Below the pieces are notes generated by a model that saw only the letters and a program-made list of their open reading frames with translations, searched no databases and had not been told where the DNA came from. DNA of 41,132 nucleotides from IMG/VR virus record IMGVR_UViG_3300044657_000526, positions 1-41,132 of that record; one strand, written 5' to 3'. This document shows, piece after piece, positions 1 through 9,890 of the stretch. The stretch's first letter is position 1. Every line of letters begins with the position of its first letter. This DNA is from a virus (lineage: Duplodnaviria; Caudoviricetes). Position numbers and translations under genes: made by a program.

Positions 1-127
1 TTTATGACATGAATGACCCTTATGTAGCTAAGTACAGACTTAACATGGACCAAGATAAACTTGCAGATGTTATTCTAGCTATAGATGAGCGTATTGACAT
101 GATGGACAGTGAGAAAGTCACAGGGGA
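1..127. repeat. Terminal overlap of circular assembly (copy 1)
   Basis: Bases 1-127 are identical to 41006-41132; 127 is a typical assembler k-mer and the repeat falls inside a CDS. Confidence 0.95.
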
Positions 128-182
128 AGTTATAACACCTGAACCTAAATTGTCACTTGAAGAAAGGTACGATAATCGATGA
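1..182 (+). CDS. C-terminal part of the internal virion/ejection protein that starts at 39601 and wraps the origin
   Basis: Frame from 39601 continues through the overlap (YDMNDPYVAK...EERYDNR) to TGA at 180-182, an ATGA overlap with the portal start. Confidence 0.85.
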   Translation, partial: YDMNDPYVAKYRLNMDQDKLADVILAIDERIDMMDSEKVTGEVITPEPKLSLEERYDNR

Positions 183-2017
183 AAGCTGAAATTAAAGAGC
201 TACGTGAGTCTTTCCGGGTAGGGTACGAAGCGTATGAGCCATCACGTAAAGAAGCTAATGAAGCGTGGGACTTATACCATAACCGTCACTACACTGATGA
301 GCAGCTATCTATATTAGCTAACCGTGGGCAACCTGCAGAGACATTTAACGTAGTTAAACTATTTGCTCGTATGCTAGTAGGTTACTACTCTACTATAGTT
401 AATACTGTAGTTATTAGTCCTACTAACCCACGTGACATCGATGTTGCAAGCATACTTAACGACACAGTAGAAAATGTGTTCGTAGAGAATCGCTTTGACA
501 TCGAAGGTGACACTATTAAGTTAGGTGGGATGATTTCTGGCTTGCTTTGTGCTTACACCAGTGTTATTGACTCAGGTCAGCGCGACTCTTTTGGTCGTCC
601 AATTAACAAAGTAGTTACTCACCACGTGCCAGATTCTGAATTAGTTCTGGACCCGATGAGCACTATGGATGACTACTCAGACGCCAGATTCTTACACCGC
701 TTTAAGTGGTTAACTAAAGAGACTGTTAACAAGCAGTTTGGTAAAGGCGCTAGTGATAAACTAGATGCTTATTATAACCACTTAAACATCGATGAAGCCG
801 ACTTTGACTTTAACTATGGTAGTCCTTTCACTGGCAGCTATCGAGTATTTGATAACTACTTAGTTGTGCATTCGGTAGTGGAAGAAGAAGATGGTAAAAG
901 CTATTCTTGCTTCTGGTCTGGTGAGCACATGCTTCAGAAGCGTGAAATTACGTTCCAGAAAGCTAGATGGCCATATCGTGTTCAACGCTTACACAGCTCT
1001 GACCGTACTGAGTACTACGGTATCTTCCGTGAGATATTAGAGTCACAACGTGCGTTAAACCAGGCAGTATTAACTATACAGCTTATGGTTAACTCAGAAA
1101 AAGCTTTCGTGGAGAAAGGCGCTGTAGATAACATAAATGACTTTACAGCTGCATTTAACCGTGTTAACGCTGTTATTGAAGTTACTAAGTTATCAGGTGT
1201 TAAGTTAGAGAAACTTTCTAGAGAGATTCAAGAGCAGTACATAATCATTGACCGTGCGCTAGACCGCATACAACGTGTGTTAGGTATTAACGATAGTTTC
1301 TTAGGTATGGCTTTCGCATCAGACAGTGGCCGCAAGGTTAAGCTCCAACAGAATGCGACTATTATGTCTTTACGCTACATGACAGCTCGCATTGAGAGCT
1401 TTTATGTTAGTTTAGGACACGATATAGCTAACTTAGTTCAACAGTATTATCAAGCTAATCAGATGCTTATGCTAGCTGATGAAGTTGTTGGTGCGCGTTG
1501 GATTGAGCTACATAAGCCTATGATGGAGTTTACTGGACAGTATTCACCAGATGGTCAGCCTGTAATGCAGCCTATTCTACTTCCAATGACTAATCCAGCC
1601 GACGGTGAGATTATGGAAGACGAAGAAGGCAACATTATATTAGCTCCAGTCTCTGAAGAAGGTTCTGACTTTAGCTTTATGGACTTCCAAATCAGAGTAG
1701 AGTCTAACTCATACAATGACGAAGATGAAAAATCTCAGTTGCTACTTGAGACTGTCATGTCTGGCCAGATTGGTACAATGTTATCACAAGTTAATCCAGC
1801 TGGCTTCTTCCAGACTGCAGCACTAAGTATTAAGAGCACTAAAACTAAGTACTCACCAGATATTGCTTCGGTGCTTGAACAGACTGCACAAATGTTAAGT
1901 GGCAACCCTGAAGCCCAGGGTGAAGCTTCCATGATGGCACAAGGTGGTTCTGGTGGACAGTCACCAAAAAGTAAGTCATTGAAACTACCACAAAATACTA
2001 ATGAAGGTGTTGCATAA
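179..2017 (+). CDS. Portal protein (P22-like podovirus type)
   Basis: 612 aa; GQPAETFNVVK, LDPMSTMDDYSDARF, YGIFREILESQRALN and GINDSFLG segments resemble P22-like portals; lies in the structural operon. Confidence 0.85.
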   Translation: MKAEIKELRESFRVGYEAYEPSRKEANEAWDLYHNRHYTDEQLSILANRGQPAETFNVVKLFARMLVGYYSTIVNTVVISPTNPRDIDVASILNDTVENVFVENRFDIEGDTIKLGGMISGLLCAYTSVIDSGQRDSFGRPINKVVTHHVPDSELVLDPMSTMDDYSDARFLHRFKWLTKETVNKQFGKGASDKLDAYYNHLNIDEADFDFNYGSPFTGSYRVFDNYLVVHSVVEEEDGKSYSCFWSGEHMLQKREITFQKARWPYRVQRLHSSDRTEYYGIFREILESQRALNQAVLTIQLMVNSEKAFVEKGAVDNINDFTAAFNRVNAVIEVTKLSGVKLEKLSREIQEQYIIIDRALDRIQRVLGINDSFLGMAFASDSGRKVKLQQNATIMSLRYMTARIESFYVSLGHDIANLVQQYYQANQMLMLADEVVGARWIELHKPMMEFTGQYSPDGQPVMQPILLPMTNPADGEIMEDEEGNIILAPVSEEGSDFSFMDFQIRVESNSYNDEDEKSQLLLETVMSGQIGTMLSQVNPAGFFQTAALSIKSTKTKYSPDIASVLEQTAQMLSGNPEAQGEASMMAQGGSGGQSPKSKSLKLPQNTNEGVA

Positions 2018-5000
2018 TGGGTATCGAATCAGTATTAAAAGCAGGCATTAAGTCTTTACCTGATAGCACAAAAGTTAAAGGTCAGCAGCTTCCTAACGCC
2101 CTTAAAAAGATGGGTGTTAAGGATGAAGAACTTAAGTTCTCAGGTATAGAGATACAGCCTGATAAGTCTTACACAAAAGCAGATTTAGAAGAGCTAGAAG
2201 CCGGCCGTAAAGATAAATTTGGTAAAGAAACTAAACAAGGTGGCGACACAAGCTACTCTTGGGTTAGTTTAGAGCCTGGCGTATCTAACCCTACGTACAA
2301 AGAAAATGTGTATACTATGGCAGATAAAGGCGTAGAAGGTTCACGTTACACTTCTTCACACTTTCCTGACGTGCCAAACTACTTAATGCACACTCGTACT
2401 TATGATGACACAGTAGACGGTACACCTACACGTGTACTACAAGAAATACAGTCTGATTTACACCAGGAAGGTCGAGCACAAGGCTATGACATGAATTTGC
2501 CTAAGCCTAGTGAAGCTGATAAAGCTGAAGCTATCCGGTTAGCTCCGTTAGAGGAACTAGATGAGATAACATCAAAAAAAGACTTCGCTAAGTTAGATGA
2601 CTTATTAGACCGCTTTGGTTATACACAGGAACGCATGGAAGAACTGGACATCCCTATTTACGAAGCTCTTGCCGATATTGGTAGAGGTATCACTGCTAGC
2701 TCCTCTAATGTCCCTACATCGCCATATGAGAAGTCATGGTTAGCTAAAGGTATTGAACGCGAGCTTGATAGCGCTATTGAAGATGGTCGTCAACAATTAG
2801 CTATACCAATTAGCGGTGAAGGTATTGATAATCTTAAGCGTGCTGACGGTGTGCAAAAGTGGTACGAAGGTAATGTTGTTAACACTGCTAAGAAGATAGC
2901 TAAGCAAAACGGCATGGACTTTGAAGTTAAAACAGTCGGTGCGAAGAAAGTAGACCTTGAAGAGTTCGGACAAATTGTACGAGACTACCGTGGTAACTTA
3001 GATAACGGTGTCCCTGCTATTAGCGCGTACGATGGGTCTATGCGTGAGCTAGACAACTTAGGACTAAGCGAAGGTGAGGCAGCTGCTTTCTTGGAAGGCG
3101 TTCGTGCCAACCAGACCTTAGCAGAGTTAGTTAAAGACTTCGAAGGTAGGCTAGGTGGTGGCACTCAGTATGCGGTTATCAAACCTAAAGGTGAACGCGT
3201 ACCTATGCTGACGCCTGAAGAGTTCGAAGAGCTTGAAACGTTTAAAGCCAGCCTAGACCTTAAGTCTGAAGCAGCTAAGGCTAGGGTAAAGGACATAGAA
3301 GAGTACATAGCTGCAGGCAAATTTAAAGCAGAGCGTCCTAACCTAAAGCTTTACTCTAGTCCTGCCGCTGCTGTGGCTGCTGGTTATGCTTCTTACCAGG
3401 CAGGCGGTACGGATGATGACGTTCGTGTTGAGCTTGGTGAAGCTGGTTATGACAATGACGAGATTGATGAGATTATAGGCGATGCTAAGTTTGCTTATGA
3501 AGCAGTTACAGTTTATGGTGACCCTGAAGAAGAAGTTATGGCTTTCTTTAAAGGTAAAGAAACAGAGATTGCTGATGTTAAGTCTGTACCAATTGACCAA
3601 CCTGTTGAGAAGTCTTTCTGGGAACGTGCTGCTGATACTTTAGTTGCATCAGGCTATGACGCTTATGAAGTGTCGCAAGATAAAAGCATCGTAGGTACTC
3701 CTACAGCTAAACGACTAGCTTATGGCACTGTTGTTAACGATGAAGGTGTAACTGCTGAGCAATTAGTTACAAGCCTACAAGTAATTCAACCTAACATGAG
3801 TTCTATAACTACTCGTGCTAGCGGTTACTTTGGTAATGAAACGGCCTTTAAGAAAGCCGAAGCTGCATCTAAAGCAGCTGCGCAGAAGATTGTTAACTTA
3901 GCCCAAGAGAAAGGTATAACTATAGCCTTCCAGCCTAACCTTGAACCTGATGGAATGGACCAGTTAATGCCGGACAGAGGTGGTCACTGGTTTGTGCAGA
4001 TGCCTGATGGTACTGCTAAACCGCTAGACTTTGGTTTCTGGGAAAGCATTAAAGCTGAGAGTGGTGAAATAACCTTAGGTATTGGCGGTGCGGTAGCAGG
4101 AGCTAAAGCTGCAGCTAAAGTAACTAAGAATCCATGGTTAGTAGGTGCCGGCTCAGTAGCGGGTGCAATGTTTGGAGCAGTTGCTGGTACTGAGATAGAT
4201 TACTTGCGTGAGTCTATAGCGCTACATGAAGAGATGGAAGCTGGTATTGCTGCGCATAAAGCGTTGACTGCCGCTGAAGCTTCTGTAATTGGTGACCTGG
4301 TTGCTTATCCTTTAGTTAAAGGTTCAAAAGAGATATGGAATGGTGTTAAGTCTGCTAAAGACTTTATCCTCGACGGTAACACTCAAGGTGCTCATAGGGC
4401 GCTAAAAGAAACTATGTTCATGTCTGACTCAGAAGTGGCGGATATTACTATAGGACTAGAAAGAGCTACTAAGGGTGCTCCTGCGGTTAAGCCACTAGAA
4501 GCTAATATACGCGCTGTTGCTTTAACACAACCTGGTGGTGAAGCCATTGTAAAGGCTGCTGCTAGCATTGACCCACAAGCGAGTGCTGCAGTGGCTAAGT
4601 CCATTGATACACGTGCTAAAGATGTGTTAGAAACTACAGCTAGCTTAACTAATGAAAATGTTGGTCGTGTATTAGTTGCAGACTTAAGTAATTACACTAG
4701 CGCAGTTAGACAGCAATATGGAGATGTTAAAGACCTGGTAGCGAAATCACCACGCATTAATGACTTTGCTTGGGATTATGAGAAGTTAGCTATAAAACCT
4801 GTGCTAGAGACGCTACGTAATAACATAATGGACCCTGCAGTACTTGAGCGCTTTAAGCTACAGCAACAAGCAATTAATAATATGTCTGATAGCCGTACGC
4901 TTACAGACTTAATAGAGCTGCGACAATTAGTTAATGACTTTAGATTTAACAAGCGTATCACTAAGTCTAAAGACTTTGACGCGTTAAATAAAGTGATTGC

Positions 5001-5973
5001 TAACGTCGATGGCGCTATAAAAGTTGGCGCTGAAGCTGTTATGGAACAACCTAAAGAATGGTTAGCTTCATTTGCTAAGGCTAAAGCGGATTATGCTAAG
5101 ATGAAACAACTAGAAAAGAATGTTATATACAGAGCGCTTAATAGACCTGGTTTAACAGAAAAATCTGTAGCTCAGGCACTTACTAAGTACATAACGTCGT
5201 TAGATGGTAGTTTCCAGGATGTTATGACCCAGTTACCACTTAAGAGCCGTGAGATTGCTGAAGGTTCAGTAATTAACACGCTAGCTGAGAAGTTTGCAGC
5301 TGGTACTGAAGGTGGACAGCGCGCTATGCACTTTCCTTTATTAGCTAAAGAGCTAGATAAAGTTACTTTTACCACTAAAGAAGCTCGTCAAGCTAAAATA
5401 GCAATTAAAGATATGGCAGAAGTATTTAAGAATGAGATACCGTTATCACAGTCAACAGGTAACATTCAAATACCACACTTCCAAAGCTACTTGACAGCTG
5501 ACCCGGTAGTGCGCGCTAAGTTTGAGATTGCTTCTGGCATGTTCAACTATATTAAGCGACTAGCTCCAACAGCGTCACAACGTAATATGGCATTAGTTAC
5601 TAAAACAGCTAAGCTAATAGAGCAACCATTAAATGCTAAAGCAATGCGTGAAGTAATGTCTGAAGTGTCAGACCCTATACTGCTTAAGCAGATTACAGAT
5701 ATGCAACAAGCTGCAGCACAAGCTAAAGCAGCAGGTGACGTTGGCTCAGCTAAGATAACATTGTACGGTGATGGCCAAGTATTAAGCGCGAAAGGTAAAG
5801 GTGCAGAAGTTAAAATACCAGTACATCGTATAGCTACATATGACATCCAGAACACTATAGCTAATAAGTATGGTGTAGATATTAATGACAAAGTAGGTAT
5901 GACAGACGCTTTAATAGCTGAAGGTTATATGGCAGTCCAACAAGGCACAGATAAAGTGCGGAGATTAAAATAA
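2017..5973 (+). CDS. Large internal virion/DNA ejection protein with an N-terminal globular domain
   Basis: 1318 aa, Ala-rich helical; Gly/Ala hydrophobic stretches (GIGGAVAGAKAAA, GAGSVAGAMFGAVAG); N-terminal HF..PNYLMH.R...EIQSDLHQ motif; TAATG coupling to portal. Confidence 0.65.
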   Translation: MGIESVLKAGIKSLPDSTKVKGQQLPNALKKMGVKDEELKFSGIEIQPDKSYTKADLEELEAGRKDKFGKETKQGGDTSYSWVSLEPGVSNPTYKENVYTMADKGVEGSRYTSSHFPDVPNYLMHTRTYDDTVDGTPTRVLQEIQSDLHQEGRAQGYDMNLPKPSEADKAEAIRLAPLEELDEITSKKDFAKLDDLLDRFGYTQERMEELDIPIYEALADIGRGITASSSNVPTSPYEKSWLAKGIERELDSAIEDGRQQLAIPISGEGIDNLKRADGVQKWYEGNVVNTAKKIAKQNGMDFEVKTVGAKKVDLEEFGQIVRDYRGNLDNGVPAISAYDGSMRELDNLGLSEGEAAAFLEGVRANQTLAELVKDFEGRLGGGTQYAVIKPKGERVPMLTPEEFEELETFKASLDLKSEAAKARVKDIEEYIAAGKFKAERPNLKLYSSPAAAVAAGYASYQAGGTDDDVRVELGEAGYDNDEIDEIIGDAKFAYEAVTVYGDPEEEVMAFFKGKETEIADVKSVPIDQPVEKSFWERAADTLVASGYDAYEVSQDKSIVGTPTAKRLAYGTVVNDEGVTAEQLVTSLQVIQPNMSSITTRASGYFGNETAFKKAEAASKAAAQKIVNLAQEKGITIAFQPNLEPDGMDQLMPDRGGHWFVQMPDGTAKPLDFGFWESIKAESGEITLGIGGAVAGAKAAAKVTKNPWLVGAGSVAGAMFGAVAGTEIDYLRESIALHEEMEAGIAAHKALTAAEASVIGDLVAYPLVKGSKEIWNGVKSAKDFILDGNTQGAHRALKETMFMSDSEVADITIGLERATKGAPAVKPLEANIRAVALTQPGGEAIVKAAASIDPQASAAVAKSIDTRAKDVLETTASLTNENVGRVLVADLSNYTSAVRQQYGDVKDLVAKSPRINDFAWDYEKLAIKPVLETLRNNIMDPAVLERFKLQQQAINNMSDSRTLTDLIELRQLVNDFRFNKRITKSKDFDALNKVIANVDGAIKVGAEAVMEQPKEWLASFAKAKADYAKMKQLEKNVIYRALNRPGLTEKSVAQALTKYITSLDGSFQDVMTQLPLKSREIAEGSVINTLAEKFAAGTEGGQRAMHFPLLAKELDKVTFTTKEARQAKIAIKDMAEVFKNEIPLSQSTGNIQIPHFQSYLTADPVVRAKFEIASGMFNYIKRLAPTASQRNMALVTKTAKLIEQPLNAKAMREVMSEVSDPILLKQITDMQQAAAQAKAAGDVGSAKITLYGDGQVLSAKGKGAEVKIPVHRIATYDIQNTIANKYGVDINDKVGMTDALIAEGYMAVQQGTDKVRRLK

Positions 5974-7793
5974 TGACAGTACGTAATATCAAGAAGAGCC
6001 TTGTTGCTATGGAAGACATCGCTCAAGGCAAAGGTGAGGTAAGCCAGACACGTGCAGGTAGCGCTACAACTGTACACAAAGTAGATGTGCCCTATGCGCT
6101 AGATACTACTGTCGAGATGAGCGCCTTGGACGTAACTAAGTATACCAGAGCCCGCGTGTACTCTGATACTGTTAGTTACCTTGACTACATCTACGACGCA
6201 GATAGCGAAGAGGGTATCGTATCAGACACAGGCCCTGGAACATGGTTACTAGCAGAAAATGGTAGCCTAACACCAACAGAGTTAATTAGCGATACGTCAA
6301 TACCTTATATATGCACTGAGGTAGAATACAAGGCATTAACGGTTGAGCTGCCTGTCAGCAAAACAGTTCATCTAACCAATAGAGATGCTGATTTTACTGT
6401 TATAAGCGGCACTGGCACTGCTAATGGCCTTGGAATTATTGCAAGTAACGAAGTGTCTCAAAGTATTACACTAAATACCGATAACAGTGCAAAATTGAGC
6501 GTAATTAGTTATGGCGGCAAGGCCGAGGTCGGATTTGATAATACACCTGCAAGTAACGCTATGCTAGCAGACCTTGGTTATATTGAGTACCCCGCTGGAC
6601 GATTAGAACTTCATAGTAGTATAACTGCACGATGCAAAATAAAAGGCGCTATCGGTATAGCTACCGAACTTGCTTGTGTTGGCTCAAACAGTGGAAATTA
6701 TTTTATAGTGTTTCCTGAGAGCATTCGTGATGTTGTAGTGTCTGGTAATAGCGGAGCTATAAATGGTGTTAACTGGTCGCATAATAATGACGGTAGTTTC
6801 GCAGGATGGATGACTGCAAACAATGTGATAGTAAAAACATTCGAAAACATTGCAGCTAATATAGGTGAAGTTTTTGCACTCGCTTGGGATAATGTTAGAA
6901 TATTACAAAACGGTAAGGTTGGCTCAGGTGCGGCTGTAACAATACAACCTGTAGATGTGGGCGGAGATAGCGGTTACTTTACAACAATATACTGGAATAA
7001 TGTATACCTTAATCAAAACAATAACGTAGCACTTAATATGTTTCCTTCTAAGAAATCACCGTTACTTATGTGGGATAACGTAGTTATAGAAGAGAATTGC
7101 TTGCTTGATGGAGCTAGGCAGGCGTACGTAAGTCGAGCTGACCCTTTCAAGATAAAAAGTTTATACCTAGAAAAGGGTACAGTTCCAGCGCTAGTCTTAG
7201 ATAACGTGGTGGGTAGCTGCGATAGTGTGTACCTAAACAACAACACAAACGAGGCTATAATTGTAGAGTCTACAACTTGTGACTTCACATTTAGTAACAT
7301 TAAAACAACAGCAAATGGTAACAACTCAATAACCGCAAACGGTGGATCTTTACATAAACTAGCGTTTACTAACTCTAATGTTAAATTCACTGGCGGTACT
7401 CTGCCAAACATTGCTAGATTGGAGTTACAAAGCACAACAGCGGATTCTGTTTATTACCCTAGCTATCTAGGGGGTACTTTGCTTAGGTTGCAAGTGAATG
7501 ACTCAAGCAAGCTTAGAGCTATTAGAGCTTATAAACTTACTGGCCTTAACCAGACTATATCGGCAGGTGGGAGAGTTTCCCTAGGTCAAATAAATCTAGG
7601 CTCTATAATGATAGATACTACTGCTATTGCTAATCTAAAAAGTTTTCAGCCAGATGTTACACTGAGAGTTACTCCTGCAACAACAGGCAGTCAGGGATAC
7701 TTCAACGTGTTTGCTTATAATAGTTCAGGTTCTCCTATAACATTAGTATCTGATGAATGTTATGTGTCGTTCATGCGGTGGGATTTTACATAA
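5973..7793 (+). CDS. Tailspike / receptor-binding protein 1 (beta-helix, putative depolymerase)
   Basis: N-terminal anchor homologous to 32846..35263; ISYGGK...FDNTPASNAM..YPAG entry into an Asn/Val-rich beta-helix. Confidence 0.8.
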   Translation: MTVRNIKKSLVAMEDIAQGKGEVSQTRAGSATTVHKVDVPYALDTTVEMSALDVTKYTRARVYSDTVSYLDYIYDADSEEGIVSDTGPGTWLLAENGSLTPTELISDTSIPYICTEVEYKALTVELPVSKTVHLTNRDADFTVISGTGTANGLGIIASNEVSQSITLNTDNSAKLSVISYGGKAEVGFDNTPASNAMLADLGYIEYPAGRLELHSSITARCKIKGAIGIATELACVGSNSGNYFIVFPESIRDVVVSGNSGAINGVNWSHNNDGSFAGWMTANNVIVKTFENIAANIGEVFALAWDNVRILQNGKVGSGAAVTIQPVDVGGDSGYFTTIYWNNVYLNQNNNVALNMFPSKKSPLLMWDNVVIEENCLLDGARQAYVSRADPFKIKSLYLEKGTVPALVLDNVVGSCDSVYLNNNTNEAIIVESTTCDFTFSNIKTTANGNNSITANGGSLHKLAFTNSNVKFTGGTLPNIARLELQSTTADSVYYPSYLGGTLLRLQVNDSSKLRAIRAYKLTGLNQTISAGGRVSLGQINLGSIMIDTTAIANLKSFQPDVTLRVTPATTGSQGYFNVFAYNSSGSPITLVSDECYVSFMRWDFT

Positions 7794-7802
7794 GGTGTTA
7801 GT

Positions 7803-8216
7803 ATGTTAGAATTACTAGGAAGCTTATTGGGATTTGGCACTAGCCTTTTCCCTTCTATCATGGCATATTTCCAGGATAGTAAAGACAAGAAACATGAGCT
7901 AGCTTTACAAGAAGCTATAGCTAAGATCCAAGTAGAGCAGGAACAAGTCACTGGAGAGATGCACAACCTTGGCATCGAGCTCCAGAATGACTTAGTTAGC
8001 ACTCAAGTGGCTCATGCTCCAATGGTTATGACCGGCATAGGTTTTATTGACGGTCTTAGAGGTTCTGTGCGACCAGTGTGTACATACTGGTTCATGGCGC
8101 TATATTCGTGGGAGAAGTACAACAATCTTACCTGGACAGAGTTTGACCAGGTATTATTAGCTACAGTCCTTAGTTTTTGGTTCGGCGAGAGGTTAGTAAG
8201 AAAATATGGCAAGTAA
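7803..8216 (+). CDS. Putative holin (GTA 3TM holin-like)
   Basis: Hydrophobic N-terminus, RGSVRPVCTY and VLSFWFGER motifs, basic C-terminus, next to endolysin. Confidence 0.7.
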   Translation: MLELLGSLLGFGTSLFPSIMAYFQDSKDKKHELALQEAIAKIQVEQEQVTGEMHNLGIELQNDLVSTQVAHAPMVMTGIGFIDGLRGSVRPVCTYWFMALYSWEKYNNLTWTEFDQVLLATVLSFWFGERLVRKYGK

Positions 8217-8365
8217 ATTACAAGCAACAACTAAAGAGTATACTGGTAATACTACTTTCGCTGCTAGCTCCACAAGATACGGTTTCTGTATGGGTACGTA
8301 ACACTGGTAATACCTCTAAGATAATTGTATCGGCAGCTAAATTTACTCTACTGAGGTTAGTGTAG
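8206..8365 (+). pseudogene. Probable internally deleted or frameshifted gene remnant
   Basis: ATG 8206 gives MASKLQATTKEYTGNTTFAASSTR then an early stop; another frame gives a protein-like end DTVSVWVRNTGNTSKIIVSAAKFTLLRLV that stops coupled to the endolysin GTG. Confidence 0.35.
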
Positions 8366-8862
8366 TGAAGCACTTAGCTATAATAAAAACATGCGAAGGG
8401 TTAAGATTAGCTAAATATCTTTGCCCTGCTGGCGTGTGGACTATAGGATATGGTCACACTGGTCACATTCCTAAGTCTCCTATAATCAAATCTGAGGCTG
8501 AAATTTTATTAGCTATAGATTTAGCTTCGGTAGAAAAAATGATGTCCAGATATGTCCGTTTGGAGCTAAATATTAATCAAAAAGGGGCTTTAATAAGTCT
8601 GATTTTTAACATTGGTATTGGGAACTTTAGGGCGAGTACTTTAAGGATGAAACTAAATAGAGGAGACCTTGCTGGCGCAGCTGATGAGTTTCCAAAATGG
8701 AGAAAGGGAGGTGGTAAGGTCCTCCCTGGTTTAGTTAAGCGTCGCGAGATGGAGAGAGCTCTTTTTCTAACGCCTGTTGAACCTCCTCCAGTGACCACGC
8801 CACCAAGGCAATCCCACCCCTCTTTTTTATCTCGGCTATGTTCCATGTTTGTAAGGGGCTAG
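8365..8862 (+). CDS. Endolysin, GH24 lysozyme (P21/P22-like muramidase)
   Basis: EGLRLAKYLCPAGVWTIGYGHT (E-x8-C-x5-T), FNIGIGNFRASTL, GLVKRREMERALF. Confidence 0.93.
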   Translation: MKHLAIIKTCEGLRLAKYLCPAGVWTIGYGHTGHIPKSPIIKSEAEILLAIDLASVEKMMSRYVRLELNINQKGALISLIFNIGIGNFRASTLRMKLNRGDLAGAADEFPKWRKGGGKVLPGLVKRREMERALFLTPVEPPPVTTPPRQSHPSFLSRLCSMFVRG

Positions 8863-9028
8863 GCTTACCTGCTCCCCACTTAAGCTCGATGGCAAAGAAA
8901 TTACCTTTGGGAGTTGACCCAACAATATCTGGTATACCGTTACGGTTACACACTATTGTTTTAAACACCCAAAAGTTATTAGCTTTAAGCCACTTGAGTA
9001 CTTTGGCTTGTAGCTTACTCTCAGACAT
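8735..9028 (-). CDS. VRR-NUC nuclease / Holliday junction resolvase
   Basis: MSESKLQ...GIPDIV...AIELK...PSPLQ PD-(D/E)xK signature. Confidence 0.88.
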   Translation of the reverse strand: MSESKLQAKVLKWLKANNFWVFKTIVCNRNGIPDIVGSTPKGNFFAIELKWGAGKPSPLQTWNIAEIKKRGGIALVAWSLEEVQQALEKELSPSRDA

Positions 9029-9890
9029 CAGTTCTAAAACCTTTAAAGATTGGAAAGCGTGGTTTACCGTACTTAGTTATCTCTTGGTATTTGAACGTGA
9101 CTTGCTTACCAGGCAGTGAATCCTTAGTCGCCCACAAGGTGCTACGTGTTGCCAGGTCGAAGCCGGAACCAATCTTAAACTCAACCCCACGCCATTGAAC
9201 AACCAGAGCGCCAAGAATGCCGGCGCCCACCATGCCTTCTTGATGAGAAGACCTCTTAGTTTGTCCAAGTTCTCCGGTGGTTGCCTCGTTAGTGTTCGTT
9301 TCCATTTCTTCATAGCCGATTACCTCCGCTTCGTCATCTTCCCATTTCTTTAGTTTTAGTAAGTACCCTTGATTAACAGTAGAACGACCGCGCTTATATG
9401 GACCATCTAAAGCTCTTACCATCGCACCTTCATAACCTACAGAGATGCACCAGGTCCAGTACATTTCTAGTGCTTCAGCATCTTCTATTAGCACGTGCTC
9501 AACCATACGCACACGAGGAGAGTTAAGCTTCTCTACTAGGTCTTTGGTCTTTAGGTAACGCATATTAAAACCAAACTGGTCTATGTAGAAGTCATCAAAG
9601 ACATTTAGGTAGAAGTCAGGTTCACCATGCACGCTCATAATACCAGATTGTACATCGTTAAAGTCGCCTTCAACCATTAGCTCACCGTCTAGGCCGTGTT
9701 GTTGTAGCTTCATGATTTCACGTTGGATAAACAAGTTAGGTATGCGCTTCATGTTACGGCTAAATGGAATACCATCAGCTACAATACAACGTATACCATC
9801 TAGTTTAGGACTAGCTAATACAGGGTATGCTATTTTAGCTAAGTCAGGTGTTTGACTGGCAGCTAACATTGGTTTGAATAAACAGGTCAT
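9021..9890 (-). CDS. ATP-dependent DNA ligase
   Basis: KPMLA, SPKLDGIR, LDGEL, YEGAMVR, LLKLK, IGSGF, PRFPIF motifs. Confidence 0.93.
   Translation of the reverse strand: MTCLFKPMLAASQTPDLAKIAYPVLASPKLDGIRCIVADGIPFSRNMKRIPNLFIQREIMKLQQHGLDGELMVEGDFNDVQSGIMSVHGEPDFYLNVFDDFYIDQFGFNMRYLKTKDLVEKLNSPRVRMVEHVLIEDAEALEMYWTWCISVGYEGAMVRALDGPYKRGRSTVNQGYLLKLKKWEDDEAEVIGYEEMETNTNEATTGELGQTKRSSHQEGMVGAGILGALVVQWRGVEFKIGSGFDLATRSTLWATKDSLPGKQVTFKYQEITKYGKPRFPIFKGFRTDV

Noticed and set aside
3343-5891. Short antisense ORFs inside the large virion gene, and similar ones inside other genes
   Set aside because: They lie opposite well-supported genes, lack RBS and motifs, and are expected from codon bias
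5973-7793. Diversity-generating retroelement or invertible tail-fibre system
   Set aside because: No reverse transcriptase or recombinase, and no template/variable repeat pair; similarity between the tailspikes is N-terminal and diverged
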